64,000 nt of DNA, taken from Octopus sinensis (lineage: Eukaryota). Made by a program: the position numbers and the translations under genes. The stretch's first letter is position 1; each line of letters opens with the position of its first letter. Under the pieces are notes generated by a model that made no database searches, was not told the origin of the DNA, and was given only the letters and a program-made list of their open reading frames with translations. The stretch is taken from assembly GCF_006345805.1 (NCBI RefSeq), contig NC_043000.1, positions 162,378,001 through 162,442,000 of the forward strand, given 5' to 3'. Shown here piece by piece: positions 27,003 to 41,081 of this stretch.

Positions 27003-27579
27003 AATAACCTTGCACTTGATTTTTTAATGTCTCTACCCCCATATTTGCGTGAGTTGAATTGAGCAAACACTATATGGAGAGAGGTTTTCTTTAAGTATTG
27101 GAAATAGTTTTAAAAAAAGTTTTTTTTAGCTGTTATTTCTAATGAGTTCAGTATGCGGCAAAGTAATTTATTTTTACTAAGCCCTTTTATATAATGTAAT
27201 AATTTGAATTCGCCTTAAATGGTCCCTTTGCATACTGAATACTTGGTGAAATTGATTAATTAATTAATTTTACCCTCAATTGTTGAAATTATATATATAT
27301 ATATATATATAAACATACATACACATATATATATACATATCCATATATATATATATCTATATATATATATACACACACGTATGTATACATACAAACGCAC
27401 TCACACTCACACACACATACACATACATATATAAATACATCTGATCTTAGACAAAGCCCTAGAGTCACAGGCACAAGAGAACTGTAGTAAATATATATTG
27501 ACAGACATGTATACACAAACATATATATATATAATATATATATATATATATTAATATATATATAATATATATATATATA

Positions 27580-27638
<59 letters not shown>

Positions 27639-27656
27639 ATATATATATATTAATAT

Positions 27657-30600
27657 ACGGGAAGCTTTATGAAAGTAGACAAAAGACGAAGATAGGTGGA
27701 AAACAAACAAACAATTGTATTGGTATGGCGCTCAGGAAATATAAATATTTTGAAAAGCCGGAGAGCATGGTTGGTATCGTGGATGTGGGAGGGAAGAGAT
27801 GCCACTAGGGGGGCAAGGACACGGTCGAGGTATTTAGAGATGAGCTCCGTGGGGCAGTTACAGGCGGAGACGATGGGGCGGCCAGGGTCGTTGGGTTTGT
27901 GTATTTTGGGGAGGAAGTAAATGGTGGGGGTACGTGGGGTTCGCACAATTAGGTTGGTGCGGTGTGGGGGAGACGGGAGGACAAGATGAGGTTGCGGACA
28001 GTAGAGGATACCGTCTGTTGGTAGCTACGTGTGGGGTTAGAGGGCCAGAGGGAGTAGAAGGATGGTGTTCATTGAGTTGGCGGAAAGCCTCGGCCCTATA
28101 GAGGTCCGCGCGCCACACCACTACAGCTCCACCCTTGTCAGCCGGTTTGATGATAATGTCAGCGCGCCGTTGGAGGGAACGAAGAGCCAAGAGCTCAGCC
28201 GGGGAGATGTTGAGGCGGTGTTGGCGCCTGGAGAAGTTGAACCTCTCCAATGCACGCTGACAAGCGCCCGCGAAAAGATCCACTGCTAGGAACTGGCCAG
28301 GGGCAGGCGTCCACGGGGATGGTCGGCGGCCCAGGCCAGTGAAGCAGTCCTCTTCGTTGGGTGTGGGTGGTGAGTCGTGGTAATGCGCACCCAACCGGAC
28401 GCGGCGCACAAAGCTGTGGACATCAACTCGCGTCTGGAATTCCTTACAGGATGGAGTGAGGGGGATGAAACGCAGACCCCTACTAAGGACGGAGCGTTCA
28501 GCCGCAGAGAGGGGAAGATCGGGGGGAATGGTAACAACAGACGGAAGTGGAGAAGGGGTGGGTGGAATAGAAGTAGGAGGGGTGGTAGGTCTCGTGGAGG
28601 TCTGAGGGGGAGGGATTGGGGATGTGTGTGGGGGTGGTTGGGGGCGCAGTAGGGTTAGTTGTAGGTGGATGGAGCCTATCAGGAGGGGAGAAGGGGTTGT
28701 AGGGAGGGGCAGTGGGGTTAGGTGTGGGTGGATGGAGCCTATCGGGAGGGGAGAAGGGTAGTGGAGGAGTTGGGGTAGTGGCGTCGGGTATGGTGGAATG
28801 GAGGAGTGATTGGAGTTTACGAAGTTTGGTATCGGAAAGAAATTGATGGAAGAGGTGATTCAAATGGATAATGAAGCGTAGCATGTTTGGAGCATGGAGA
28901 GGCGGCAGAGAGGAGAAGAATGTGGAGAAAGCAGGAGGAAGAAGGCGGTTGATGGTATGTAGTTTAGAGAGATTGGAGTGAATGGTGGCCCGCATAAGGC
29001 GGTAAGATGTGGTGCGGAGTATGGGTAAGATGGAAGAATCCGAGTGGAGAGCAGGGTGGAAGTGGAGGCGGAAACCTTTAGGGATGAGTCGGTGATGTAG
29101 GCAGCGGCTTAGGAAAGAGACATGGCTAGAGAAGCGGGTTTTTTAAAAAAGAAGTAGAGAGAGATTAACGGACGGCTGAAGGCAGTTTACGGGGAGAGGA
29201 CGGAGATGATCCTTCAAACGATGATGGAGGGTGAGGAGGTAGGACCTAGGATCCGGCATGATGGGATAGCGGGAAAAAAAACAAACGTTCGAAAAAACAA
29301 AAAATTATCGTATGAAAAAAATAGATAAAAAAGGATAGCGAAAAAAAAGGGGAAAATCAAACGTTCGAAAAAAAACAACAAAAAAAATAATCGTGAAAAA
29401 ACTAGATAAGTAAGCGATAGGGGCAGAAAATAAAGGCGGAAAAGACGGGGCAAACGGAAAAGGGAAAGAAAGAAGGGAAGCAGAGAGAGGGGGAGGCAAA
29501 AAAAGGGGGTGCAGGCAGAGGAAGCAGAGTATGGACATCCAGAGAGCGAAGAAAGACGGAAAAGAGAACAAAAATGCAGGAAAATGTGGAAAGCATGAAA
29601 TGAATGTAAAAAAGTGGTAATACATGAGAAAATAAAAATGCAACAAACGGGACAGTTTATGCGAACAAGTTCAAGGTTGAGAGTTCAAGGTTAGAAATGT
29701 ATAGACGTCGTGGTATATTTTTTAAGGATTTCACATCAATAACAAAGTCACTTTGATCCGCGAAAGAGAGGTGCAGCCAATGGTAAGTATCCAAGAGGTA
29801 AAGAAAATCCAAGGTAGAGGTAAGTGTTGATAGTGGTATTGGTAGAATATAGGATGAAAGTGAGACCACGTGAGCGCGTAATATATAACGGGAAGCTTTA
29901 TGAAAATAGACAAAAGACGAAGGCAGGTGGAAAACAAACAAACAATTGTATTAGTATGGCGCTCAGGAAATATAAATAAAACAAGTCTTTAACGTTTCGA
30001 GCCTACGCTCTTCAACAGAAAGATACACAGAGAAAAAAACACAGAAAGAAGGAGACAAAAAAATGCGTGCAGTAACTAACGAATCAACATGGCGATCTGA
30101 TTTCGGCCAGAAGTCAAAGATCAAACATGAGACGCGAGAGCGAAATTAGGGGAGATAATAGGGTTGAATGACCTACTCCAACATAAGGGTGTGTGTGTGT
30201 GTGTATGAGAGAGTATTAGTGCGTATGAGAGGTCTGGACGTGTGTATGTATAGGGTTGGTGTATGTATTAGTATGTATTAGTATGTATTAGTTGGTGTAT
30301 GTATTAGTATGGTACATCATATATGATGTGATGTGTAAAGTCGTGTGGTGTAGTGTGGAGAGAGGAGAAGAGGGGGAGCGGGAGGGGGAGGAAGGGGGAG
30401 GAAGGAGGAAAGAGGGAGAGGAGGAGAGAGAAGGGGAGTGAGGGAGCAGAGGGAAGGAGGGAGGGAGAAAGAGGGAAGAAGGGAAGGGGAGTAGGGGTGA
30501 AAGGATGAAGGACTGAAGAGAAGTAGGGGTCGGGGGGAAAAGTAGGTGAGGTGGGGGGAGGGGGGTTAGATGAGGAGGGGGAGAGTTGAGACCAAATGGC

Positions 30601-30875
30601 GTATAAGAGCGAAGAGAGAACATTAATTCCTGTTCACGGCGCAAACGGGAATCCGGAACACAGACAGGTGTTGCAAGGAGTGACCGGTGGAGGGGAAATG
30701 GCGTGAGACCGGTGTGTCGTTCGCAAGGTGAATGTCACGAAGGTGTTCCGCGAACCGGTCAGCCAAGCGGCGTCCCGTTTGTCCGATGTACAAGGAATGG
30801 CAGAGAGAGCAAGAGACGCAATAGATAATATTGCTGGAGGTGCAGGTGAAGGAGTTGATGATGCGATAGGGTCGA
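27657..30875 (-). mobile_element. Penelope-like element in partial-tandem arrangement (GIY-YIG and 3' UTR of one unit, then the 5' part of the next unit truncated in RT)
   Basis: GIY-YIG: SSNIIYCVSCSLCHSLYIGQTGRRLADRFAEH (about 30600-30875). RT N-terminal part: IIIKPADKGGAVVVW (ORF 27858-28409), [16 protein letters not shown] (ORF 27650-27946). 90-bp direct repeats at 27657-27746 and 29888-29977. Confidence 0.93.
29986..30023 (-). ncRNA. Minimal type I hammerhead-like motif at the PLE unit junction
   Basis: Minus strand TCTTT-CTGTTGA-A-GAGC(GTAG)GCTC-GAAA-CGT-T-AAAGA: 5-bp stem I, 4-bp stem II, ACGT palindrome; core has A6U. Confidence 0.65.
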
Positions 30876-30911
30876 TATGTATATATGTATATATATATAT
30901 CTATATATAGG

Positions 30912-30942
<31 letters not shown>

Positions 30943-32589
30943 GCGTATATATCACTATGCTTGTATATATGTGTGTGTATGTATGTGTGTGTGTGTGTTT
31001 GTTTTGTGTATAAATATATACATAACTATAGATAAATATGTATTTATATATACGTGTGTGCATATTTAAAACTCCTTTCTCGTATGGGCTATGGTTTCTT
31101 ACAATAAAATATGGAAATACACACATACACGCACACATACACACACACATTCACATACATTCACACACATACACAAAGTCACAAAAACACACCCACACAC
31201 ACACATATATACATTTATATATTTATACATATATATAGGTATATGCATGTGTGTATATGTCTGTGAGTATATATATGTGCGCGTGTATGTATGTGAGTGT
31301 GTGTACGTGTGTGTGCGTGTGTGTGTGTTTGTAAATACATTTTGCAATAGATAAACAATGCCGATGATCGATTTCCCTATGTACTCAGATATTTATTCCC
31401 AATACAAAACCATTTCAATGTTATCAGCAATATACTTGTAGCGGTCGGTCGTATTTCCTACATACTTTCTCTCCAATACAGGAGTACACGTAATCTATTC
31501 TTTCTCCGTTTATTTATTTTGCTATTTTATTGTTTTGCAACAAAACCTCTTGTCTTTCCTTCATGTTTGCTCAATCTGAAACACAATATGTTATTTTATG
31601 TAGAAAAATCATATTGAACGAATAAAGATTGTTCGTAGCTCAATATATGTATCATGTACATTGCTGTATGTAAGGGACTATATATTTTTGCTAAGGGTCA
31701 GAGAGAAGAAACAAATGTTAGTGTAAAATTGTTTACTTTTGTTTTGACACACTCTGCGGTGGATTCCCGCCGTGTTAGGCTTCATGTTTGATGTCTGTGG
31801 AATTGTTAAAATACGCTCACATAATACACTGTGGTCGATTTATTTGATTCTATATTTGATTCTACCGTACAAATAATGTCTATGTGTTTCTACAAGAAGC
31901 CATTGTATTTAAAAACCAGCGAAATGGCACAGACACGAATGTACTACACATACACGCAAACAGTATGTAATTTCATCTTAATACATTCTGAATTCAAACT
32001 GTGAATTGGCATTCGATTCACTTGACTCTACGTTACCCACATCATAATTTGGCTGATATTTGAAGGGAAAATAGTGGAAGCTTTTGCATCGATCACTTGG
32101 GGTTGGTAGTACATAATATTCTATCGCTTTCCTTTTACTTAAAATATAGAGCTGGTCATTTTAGCAGTAAATTTTTTCTTTTAAAAAAGGTCAAATAATT
32201 TATACTTCGAAACAAAAAAGTTAGTCAAGTACTAGAAATTCCGCAGAAATGAAACTTAATTCTAAACGTTTTAGTTTACCTATCTGTGGGTAATAAGAAA
32301 CAAATATCCATTGTACAATAAACATTTCTATCACAGAGTAATGGTTCTCAAACATTACTTTTGAGGTGTATTGAGATGCGTTTTGGAGAGTTGCTGATAC
32401 AATTTAGGCCTTTAGAAAGACCCTATTAATGCTTAAGTTCGATGATAAACATGTTACCCATAATTTGTTATTCACGAGCATGATGTAGAAAAGAAGATAA
32501 TAGTTTTCTCCATATTTTTGCTTTTCTGTAAAAACAGTTTTATAAAATTAGAAATATTGCATTTCTGGATCTCTCTGTGAGACTTATAC

Positions 32590-32900
32590 TGTAGCAGCAT
32601 GATAAAGTGATGGTTTGTTGCCAACTTAATGTGGCAGTTCCAGGAAAGGGAAGAATGCTACTGCTATTTAGCCCCAGGAAACATCGTTTCCAGTTGGTTA
32701 TGTGACACAAGCGTTCTGTGTCCTTAAGTTTTCAAACAGAAGAGATAAGCACCTCCACCCAGCAAAACCAGCATTCCGAGATTAGTTTCAAATCATTGCT
32801 CTTCATCAGTCTGGAGTAGCTTGGCTTACTATCTGAATTTATTATAAAGACAATAAATGTCACACATAGGTGGTACAGCACAGGACAACACATACAAAAA
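32590..32900 (-). mobile_element. Old repeat carrying a decayed minimal hammerhead-like motif (32776-32814)
   Basis: Minus strand CCAGA-CTGATGA-AGAGCAATGATTT-GAAA-CTAA-TCT(C)GG; element boundaries are a guess. Confidence 0.35.
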
Positions 32901-33044
32901 TGTTAATATAAGTTCGAATGATCCTTATTTAAAAATTTTAATGAAATGATATATTTTAAGTTAGTCTTTTTTCTATTGGGGAGAGGATTATGCCCGGCTG
33001 CCTCAAAGGTCCATCGACTACCCATTTTCTTTTTTTTTCCCCAA

Positions 33045-34845
33045 TGCAGATTAAGTTGGGTTACTTGCACCCACCTTTCTTAACACAGCCTTCCGTCTTT
33101 CCTCAAACACACTTCGCGACAGGATTCTCTTCCCCAGCCCTATGTTGCTCTTCAGATGGTATCTGAAGTATTGTAGCAAACCAGGGCCAGAGATTAAGGA
33201 TCCCGTCACGAGTCCTTGCATTCTAGTCTTCCACACACATTGTTTCAGCACCGCAACTGTACAGAAACAACATGCCTCACCTTCCTTCGAGAGTTCATTT
33301 GGAGGTACAATCTTTATCATAGACTCAGCCGATAACTGAACTCTTCCCAGATGCGACAACACATGTTAGACGTAAATTATCAAGCCTGACAGCTCCCGAT
33401 AACGTAGAAAAGCGTGCTGGACGGTTTCATCGTTCAGCCCACATCTTGGACATGTCGTTGGCACCGACATTCCATGCCTGGATAACTTATGTCGAACAGA
33501 TAAAGTGTTCCTGTAACAATGCCAAGGTAGCTGAGCCTCATTGGGCACGATGATGGTGACGTCATCCGCATAAGCAGAGACTGACTTACCGCAACCGATT
33601 TCCTTTGGGGCGCTCCCAAATTCTCCAACTTCCGCAGTGATAGCTCAAGAGCGAACACGTACAGAACCGGAGATTTGACGAACTGAACGCTTGACCGAAA
33701 ACGGCCCCGACAGGTAGCCATTTATCTGGACTGTGGATATGATGCTGCTATATATAGCGGAAATCCAACCACGAAAGTCAGGGCCCAGCCCAGCCGCCTC
33801 GAGGACCGCCGCCAGGTCCTGATAGTTTACCCAATCAAACGCTTTACTTTGGTCTAAATGGACCAGTGCCTCACCTTTGTCGGTTAATTTACCCACCTGT
33901 CTAAGGTGTAGCGGATAAGGTGAAGATTGTCCTGGATCGACTTGCCTGGGATGGCATATGTCTGCGTCTCCCCTACAAGTTTCTCTACGACACGCATCAA
34001 CCTTTTAGCTAAAACCTTTGCCAAAATCTTTAACTCTACATTGAGTAGAGTTAAAGTCCTGTAATTACTTATAACATACCCCTTGCTCGGGTCCTTCTGG
34101 ATCAGCGTCACCACTCTCCGACTCACAAAGCTGGGAATTCCCCCATTCTGTTGCCAGTTTGTGTAGATGCTAGCCATCAGGTTCCCGAACAAGTCCAGCA
34201 TGCTACGATAAAACTCATTGCGTAGACCATCCAGTCCCGACGAATTTTCCCCGGCGCACTCGGCCAACGCCTGTTTGACCTCCGCAGCTGTAATCGGCCC
34301 TTCACAGCATCTCGCCTCTCGTGCCGAGAGTCGCGGCCCATCGGCGAGGAAGCCCTTTAGGGACTCCCCAGGCTCTAGCGCACCGCCCTGCCCGAACAAC
34401 GGTGCGAAATACCGATGAAAGGCCTTTTGCATCTCATCCTGTCCATAGATCTTGTGCCCCTGTTCGACTTTACAGAGGATTTTTTACTCCTCTTACTCTC
34501 TACACAACGATCCTATCCGGCATCGTTAATACCTTATTGTCTCACTGCACGTAGCTAAGCTCTAACTCTGCAGCCCTCGTGCTTGGCGTTGAGGTGACGG
34601 TACAAGACCGTTCTCGCCGCCAGCACTCTAGATGCAGAGCCAAATTCCAAGGTCTCGTCTAAGTTCTTAACTAAATCACCCTCTATTCTAGATCTATCTA
34701 AACTTAGCTGATTGCTAAATCTAATAGACTCTAAACGAATGGCTCTCTTGAGGGCGTGCCACCACCTATTATTAATGATGGCGCCACAGAGGCCCTCTGT
34801 ACTAACTCCTTAATCTGAGCACGGAAGGCTTTACACTTCAAAAGA
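33045..34845 (-). mobile_element. Tx1/L1-clade LINE fragment with RT and a large internal deletion
   Basis: CEGPITAAEV..SSGLDGLRNEFY..NYRTLTLLNVELKILAKVLAKRL (33884-34432), LDQSKAFDWV, SVRQ, YADD at 33561-33572, then directly WHCYRNTL..TCPRCGLNDETVQHAF. Confidence 0.92.
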
Positions 34846-35689
34846 GACTTGTTCATTTTCCCTACCCGGGTCCCTGCCTATCACATTTATCTAAGTGTAC
34901 ATCATAACTATTCACCACCACCCAACAATGGCGGCTTCGCACAAAGAACACGGCTACGGTTCTTCAAAAAACAACAAAAAAAAGTGACTTGCAAGCTGTC
35001 GGTACTTGCTTCTAGTGGATACAAAGGAGGTTATTTAGTCCTTGACTGACGATATACGTTAAGTAATTCCAATTCACTAATGTAAAGCAAGAAAACTGAA
35101 TTAACAAGGATCATTACCAAACAATACTGAGATCAATTCTTGCTACATATGGTAAACCATTTCAGTACTAAATTATTTATTCATGTATTCTTTGGATTTG
35201 GATGTTGCTTTCCAATATTTTATTCTGTGTCAGAATTCATTATATAGAAACATTCATTACTAGATAAATATTAACAGGAATCCAGGGTACGACATTTTAG
35301 CATTTCACTTACCTTTCTTGTGTTGCGCTGCCTGCAGTCTCTATAAATACTTCAAATATATAAATAGAAAGATTCACATCATTACCAATCATCTACCTTT
35401 ACATGTTGGCTTCATCACACTACATCATTTCCTACAATTTCTATTTCCTTTCCAGCATATCTAATGTATAATACATTTGTAATTATCCGAAACCTTATTT
35501 CTACGTAGTCTTGAAAGCTATCTCCGTTTTAATATCTGATACAAGCTACACTTTGCTGATTACACTTGCTACTAACAAGTATATATCAAATCAACATCTA
35601 CTTTTCTATCTTCCTGAAATAACCGGAGGTGACAAGAGTATCTTAATTAATTGCTACGACTTCGAGAAGCCTTTATACCGTCAAGCAAT

Positions 35690-35900
35690 TTCGCTGCCAT
35701 TTGTTACATTATTGCGTTAACATCGTGCGCTACGCTCTTCCCAACTCTTTCTCTTCTTATCGTCATACTGTTCCCATATGTCGTCATAGATGCATGTAAC
35801 CTTAAGCCGTAGAACAGGAGACTGAAGTGTTGATATTTCTTATATGTTCCTTGCGTTATGTTGTGTCCAAGTCACTTAATGCTTCTTGTATAATTGCATT
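35690..35900 (-). mobile_element. Possible very old RTE-like LINE remnant
   Basis: Minus-strand translation across stops gives LGHNI and EEKELGRA.RTML, which resemble post-RT motifs of RTE LINEs; weak. Confidence 0.25.
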
Positions 35901-36147
35901 TAGATATAAGCACGGAAATTTGAATGGTATATGATACACCTGTTGGTATTGGTTAAATTCTATGCATGATTCTCTATCATTAGGCATTATACGAATCTTT
36001 GACAAGAAAAGGTATCATAATTAGCTGAACTGACTCACCTGTTATCAGAATTCAATGTCATTTACGACTGGCTTTAAATAAGAATTATTAATATAACGTA
36101 ACATACACGCATGCACGCGCGCACACACACGCACACCTATCTATTGA

Positions 36148-36185
<38 letters not shown>

Positions 36186-36262
36186 CATATATATATATAT
36201 ATAATATGCATACATAACACATATATGTATGTACACATGCATGCTTATTGATGTATATATTC

Positions 36263-36296
<34 letters not shown>

Positions 36297-36394
36297 CACT
36301 CTCTCCCTCTCTCTCTCTCTCTCTATATATATATTATATATATCACTCTCTCCCTCTCTCTCTCTCTCTCTATATCTATATATATATATATATA

Positions 36395-36702
<308 letters not shown>

Positions 36703-36723
36703 CATATATACATACATAATATA

Positions 36724-36765
<42 letters not shown>

Positions 36766-36767
36766 TA

Positions 36768-36816
<49 letters not shown>

Positions 36817-36839
36817 CTATATATATAATATATATATAT

Positions 36840-36870
<31 letters not shown>

Positions 36871-36892
36871 TATATATATATATATATAATAT

Positions 36893-36923
<31 letters not shown>

Positions 36924-36927
36924 ATAC

Positions 36928-36974
<47 letters not shown>

Positions 36975-37250
36975 AATATATATACAGACACATATATATA
37001 TACATATATACGTATGTATATATATATATATATATCGTATCCTTCACTATATACATCAACATTATATGCAAGTGTCCGGTCTCTCGTCTACTAATGCTAT
37101 CGTTGAAGTCCGTCTCTGAATCTGAGATTAGTAACAGAAAAAAACAGGTGTATCATTTCTATATTAAATGGTAGAAATTGGTAGAAAATTACTAAAAATA
37201 ATATGAATTTTCCATTCGTTCTCTTTCTCTTCTTAGAATACGTGCATTCA

Positions 37251-37630
37251 TTACCTCCGCCAAGGAAGGAGGTTATGTTTTCATTGGTGTTGGTTTATCT
37301 GTCTGTCCGTCTGAGTGCAAAATAACTCAAAAAGTTGTGAACGGCATTTGATGAAACTTGCAAGAAAAGTTGGTAATGACACAAGGAACAGATGATGAAA
37401 TTTTGGTAGTAATCCAGGAATTTTATGGATTCTTTAAGGATTTTTTATTTGTTATATTTACTTTACATGAAGTATTACAATGTTACGTTCTTTGATTATC
37501 TCCCTTGAAAACACGTTCATTATTTGCACGTAACCTATGGTGGTGTTGCTGATTCCAAAGTTTATTTTCGTTTCACCATTAGTAATTTTATTCGCGTATC
37601 TATCTTAAAATAGCTGCTTGGCGGAGGTCT
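37251..37630 (+). mobile_element. Non-autonomous Helentron-associated (HINE/DINE-1-like) element
   Basis: 12-bp subterminal inverted repeats ACCTCCGCCAAG (37253-64) and CTTGGCGGAGGT (37617-28), short partner IR GGAGGT (37268-73), TCTG/TCCG microsatellite near the 5' end; 3' stem-loop missing. Confidence 0.7.
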
Positions 37631-37634
37631 GCGG

Positions 37635-38040
37635 AGGATGACATGACAAGCCTTGGCTATTGGGATCTCTATATCATCTGTATGATGCAGAAAATATTCC
37701 ATCAACATTGCCCATCTTTAAAATTCGTCTGAGACTTGGCCCCCGTGCCATCTGTCCACCCTCAGAAATGTTCGTGTCGTATTACAACACTATGACAGAA
37801 CTATTTCACCTCAATTGGCCCTGATCTCTTCTTCAACATCGTGCCAGACATACATAAAGGAGGAAAGTGACTTCACGGCATTCAAACGATCCCTAGATGA
37901 TTACCCACAACAAATACCAGATAAATCACCCACACCCAGATATGTCTCTGAAAACAATAACCCTCTGCTTGAATGGGCTACGGTTCCCCAGAGCTGACTG
38001 TGTATCTCTTCCAGGTGGTACTATTAAGTTAGACATGGCA
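37635..38040 (+). mobile_element. 3' end of a CR1-group LINE
   Basis: YIKEESDFTAFKRSLDDY..IPDKSPTPRYVSENNNPLLEW (37815-37997), followed by the tail CAGGTGGTACTATTAAGTTAGACATGGC. Confidence 0.8.
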
Positions 38041-38616
38041 TGAGTCAACTTAGTTGAATGGAAAGAGAGAAAGAAAAGCGGGAGAGAGAAAAAGAGGAAG
38101 GGAGAGAAAAGAGGGAGGGAGATAGAAGCGTCCATGACTTGGGGTAGAGGGCATGTAATTGTAACGCTTTCACCTGATTAGTTGAATGGAAAGAGAGAAA
38201 GAAAAAGGAGAGAGAGAGAGAGAAAAGAGGATAAAGCAAAGAGTGAGACAGAAAGAGGAAGAAAGAAAAAGGAGAGAGAAGCACACAAGACGTGAGGTAG
38301 GAGAGACGTAAATATAATTTTTGCAGAGAGGTGATATTCTGATGGTGAGGTTAAAGAAAGGCAGAGAGAGAGAGAGAGAGGAAAAAGAGGAGAGAGAGAG
38401 AGAGAGAGATGGGAGAGTTGAAGAGAGAGAAGGGAAGAGAGATGATGGTGGTGGTGGTGGAGATGGTTGTGGTGGTGTTGTAGGTGGAGGTGATTGGATA
38501 GTGAAAAGTATGTTCTTTTCATTTGGACTAAGTTTTTTTTATAACACCAATCACTTAACGCATGCGCATAAGTGCAATTCCATGAAAGGTTGTATCATAT
38601 GTACGGGATATATGTT

Positions 38617-38656
38617 GCCCAACATCGTTTGACAACCGACACTCAAACATATACAG

Positions 38657-38706
<50 letters not shown>

Positions 38707-38862
38707 TATATACGACGGGCTTCTTTCAGTTTCCGTCTACTAAATCCACTCACAAGGCTTTGCTGGGCCCGAGGCTATAGTAGAAGACACTTGACCAAGG
38801 TGCCGTGCAGTAGGAACGAACCCGGAACCATGTGGTTGGTAAGCAAGCTACATACCACTCCT
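38617..38862 (-). mobile_element. SINE-A 5' two-thirds
   Basis: Reverse complement GGAGTGGTATGTAGCTTGCTTACCAACCACATGGTTCCGGGTTCG..GACGGAAACTGAAAGAAGCCCGTCGTA. Confidence 0.85.
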
Positions 38863-39626
38863 ATACGTAAAGAATACAAAGGTTATAAATAAAGTGCATT
38901 AAGTGTATAAAGGGTATATAATGTGTACATATAAAATGCATTAAAAATATAAAGTATATATATAAAGTGTATTGGGTAATCATCGTACTCCAATTTCTTT
39001 CACTGTTTAATAAGTAGTAGATGAACCACTATCTTTTCATACAGACGCAACACGGGCTATCTTTTAGGTTTTCAGGATAAAGTTTTCAGAAATAACCCAA
39101 TAGGTTCACCAGTAATTCTGTGTAATATTAACGAGTCCCGCTAGTATATATTAACTTCTATTTGATTGGTACTTCTTTTATATCAACCTCATAAAGATAA
39201 AAGATAAAGTCGATCTCAGTGGTCGAAAAGAGATGCAATTGAATATCGCGAGACGTTTCGTATGACTACCATTTTTTATGATGGCATCACAACCTATCGG
39301 CTCCTTCACAGTCGGAGACACTTTTACGAAGTCGCTCAGCCATATCTCATTCGAATTACATTCTACTATCTTCAGACAAAAATGATGCTTTGAATAATGT
39401 AGGCGTTACACTATGTCTAGAAATCAGGAAAGTGGAGGAGATAAACCACGTTTGAATGCACTGCGTCATAGTAGCTTGCAGTCAAATGGCAGTAGCAGCA
39501 GCAGCAAAAGCAACAACAACGACGATGACGATGACGATGACGACGACTCACAACACCTCGACTGTTGTTTTTCCTTTCCAGTGACCAATAATATTCGTCA
39601 TTAATATAAACAAAATAATGAAGATA

Positions 39627-39755
39627 TTAAAAGAATAGCAACAACAGCAACAATGATAATAATAATAATAATAATAATAATGATAATAATAATAATGATA
39701 ATAATAATAATATGATAATAATAATAATATGATAATAATAATAATAATGATAATA

Positions 39756-39808
<53 letters not shown>

Positions 39809-39877
39809 ATACTAATAATAATAATGATAATAATGATGATGATGAGGATGATGATGATGATGATGATATACTACTAC

Positions 39878-39915
<38 letters not shown>

Positions 39916-39926
39916 TAGTAATAATA

Positions 39927-39979
<53 letters not shown>

Positions 39980-39990
39980 TCTTATTATTA
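39627..39990. repeat. (AAT)n/(GAT)n compound microsatellite
   Basis: Direct reading. Confidence 0.95.
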
Positions 39991-40479
39991 TTGCACTCAT
40001 TAGTCCTAATTAGTATTAAACTGCACAATTGCAATCAATTTAAAATTTTCGTCCAGTAATTACGTAAAAAAAAAGATTACAATATTGCATATTGATCTTT
40101 AATTTCTGTTTCATTTGAGCAGCGGGGATGATGAGGATATGAGGAGGAGGATAAGGAAGAGGAAGGTAAGGTGGGGGAGGAATAAGGTGGAGGAGGAAGA
40201 TGAGAAGAGGAGGAGACGAAGGAGGAGGTGAAAGGAGAAGAGACTGGTGATTATGATGATGATGACAGTGATAGTAGTGGTGATGGTAGTGTCGATGATG
40301 GCGGCAATGATGATGATGACTGTAGTGTGCTAGTGATGATGATGATGATGATGATGATGGTGATGATGATGTTTATTTACAATTAATTATCGTAATAATG
40401 AAGATTACGTTAAAATAGATTTACGATCCTGGAGACATCACTGGCAGAAATGCTGTCAGTGATGTCGCAACACCGTAAT

Positions 40480-40638
40480 GACGATGACGACGATGATGAC
40501 GATGACGATGATGATGACGATGACGATGACGATGATGATGATGATGATGATGATGACGATGACGATGACGATGACGATGATGATGGTGATGATGACGATG
40601 ACGATGACGATGATGATGATGATGACGATGACGATGAC

Positions 40639-40676
<38 letters not shown>

Positions 40677-40728
40677 CGATGACGGTGACGATGATGATGA
40701 TGACGATGACGATGACGATGACGATGAT

Positions 40729-40769
<41 letters not shown>

Positions 40770-41046
40770 TGATGATGACGATGACGATGACGATGATGAT
40801 GATGATGACGATGACGATGACGATGACGATGATGATGATGATGATGACGATGACGATGACGATGACGATGATGATGGTGATGATGACGATGACGATGACG
40901 ATGATGATGATGATGACGATGACGATGACGATGACGATGATGATGGTGATGATGACGATGACGATGATGATGATGATGATGATGACGATGACGGTGACGA
41001 TGATGATGATGATGACGATGACGATGACGATGACGATGATGATGAT

Positions 41047-41081
<35 letters not shown>

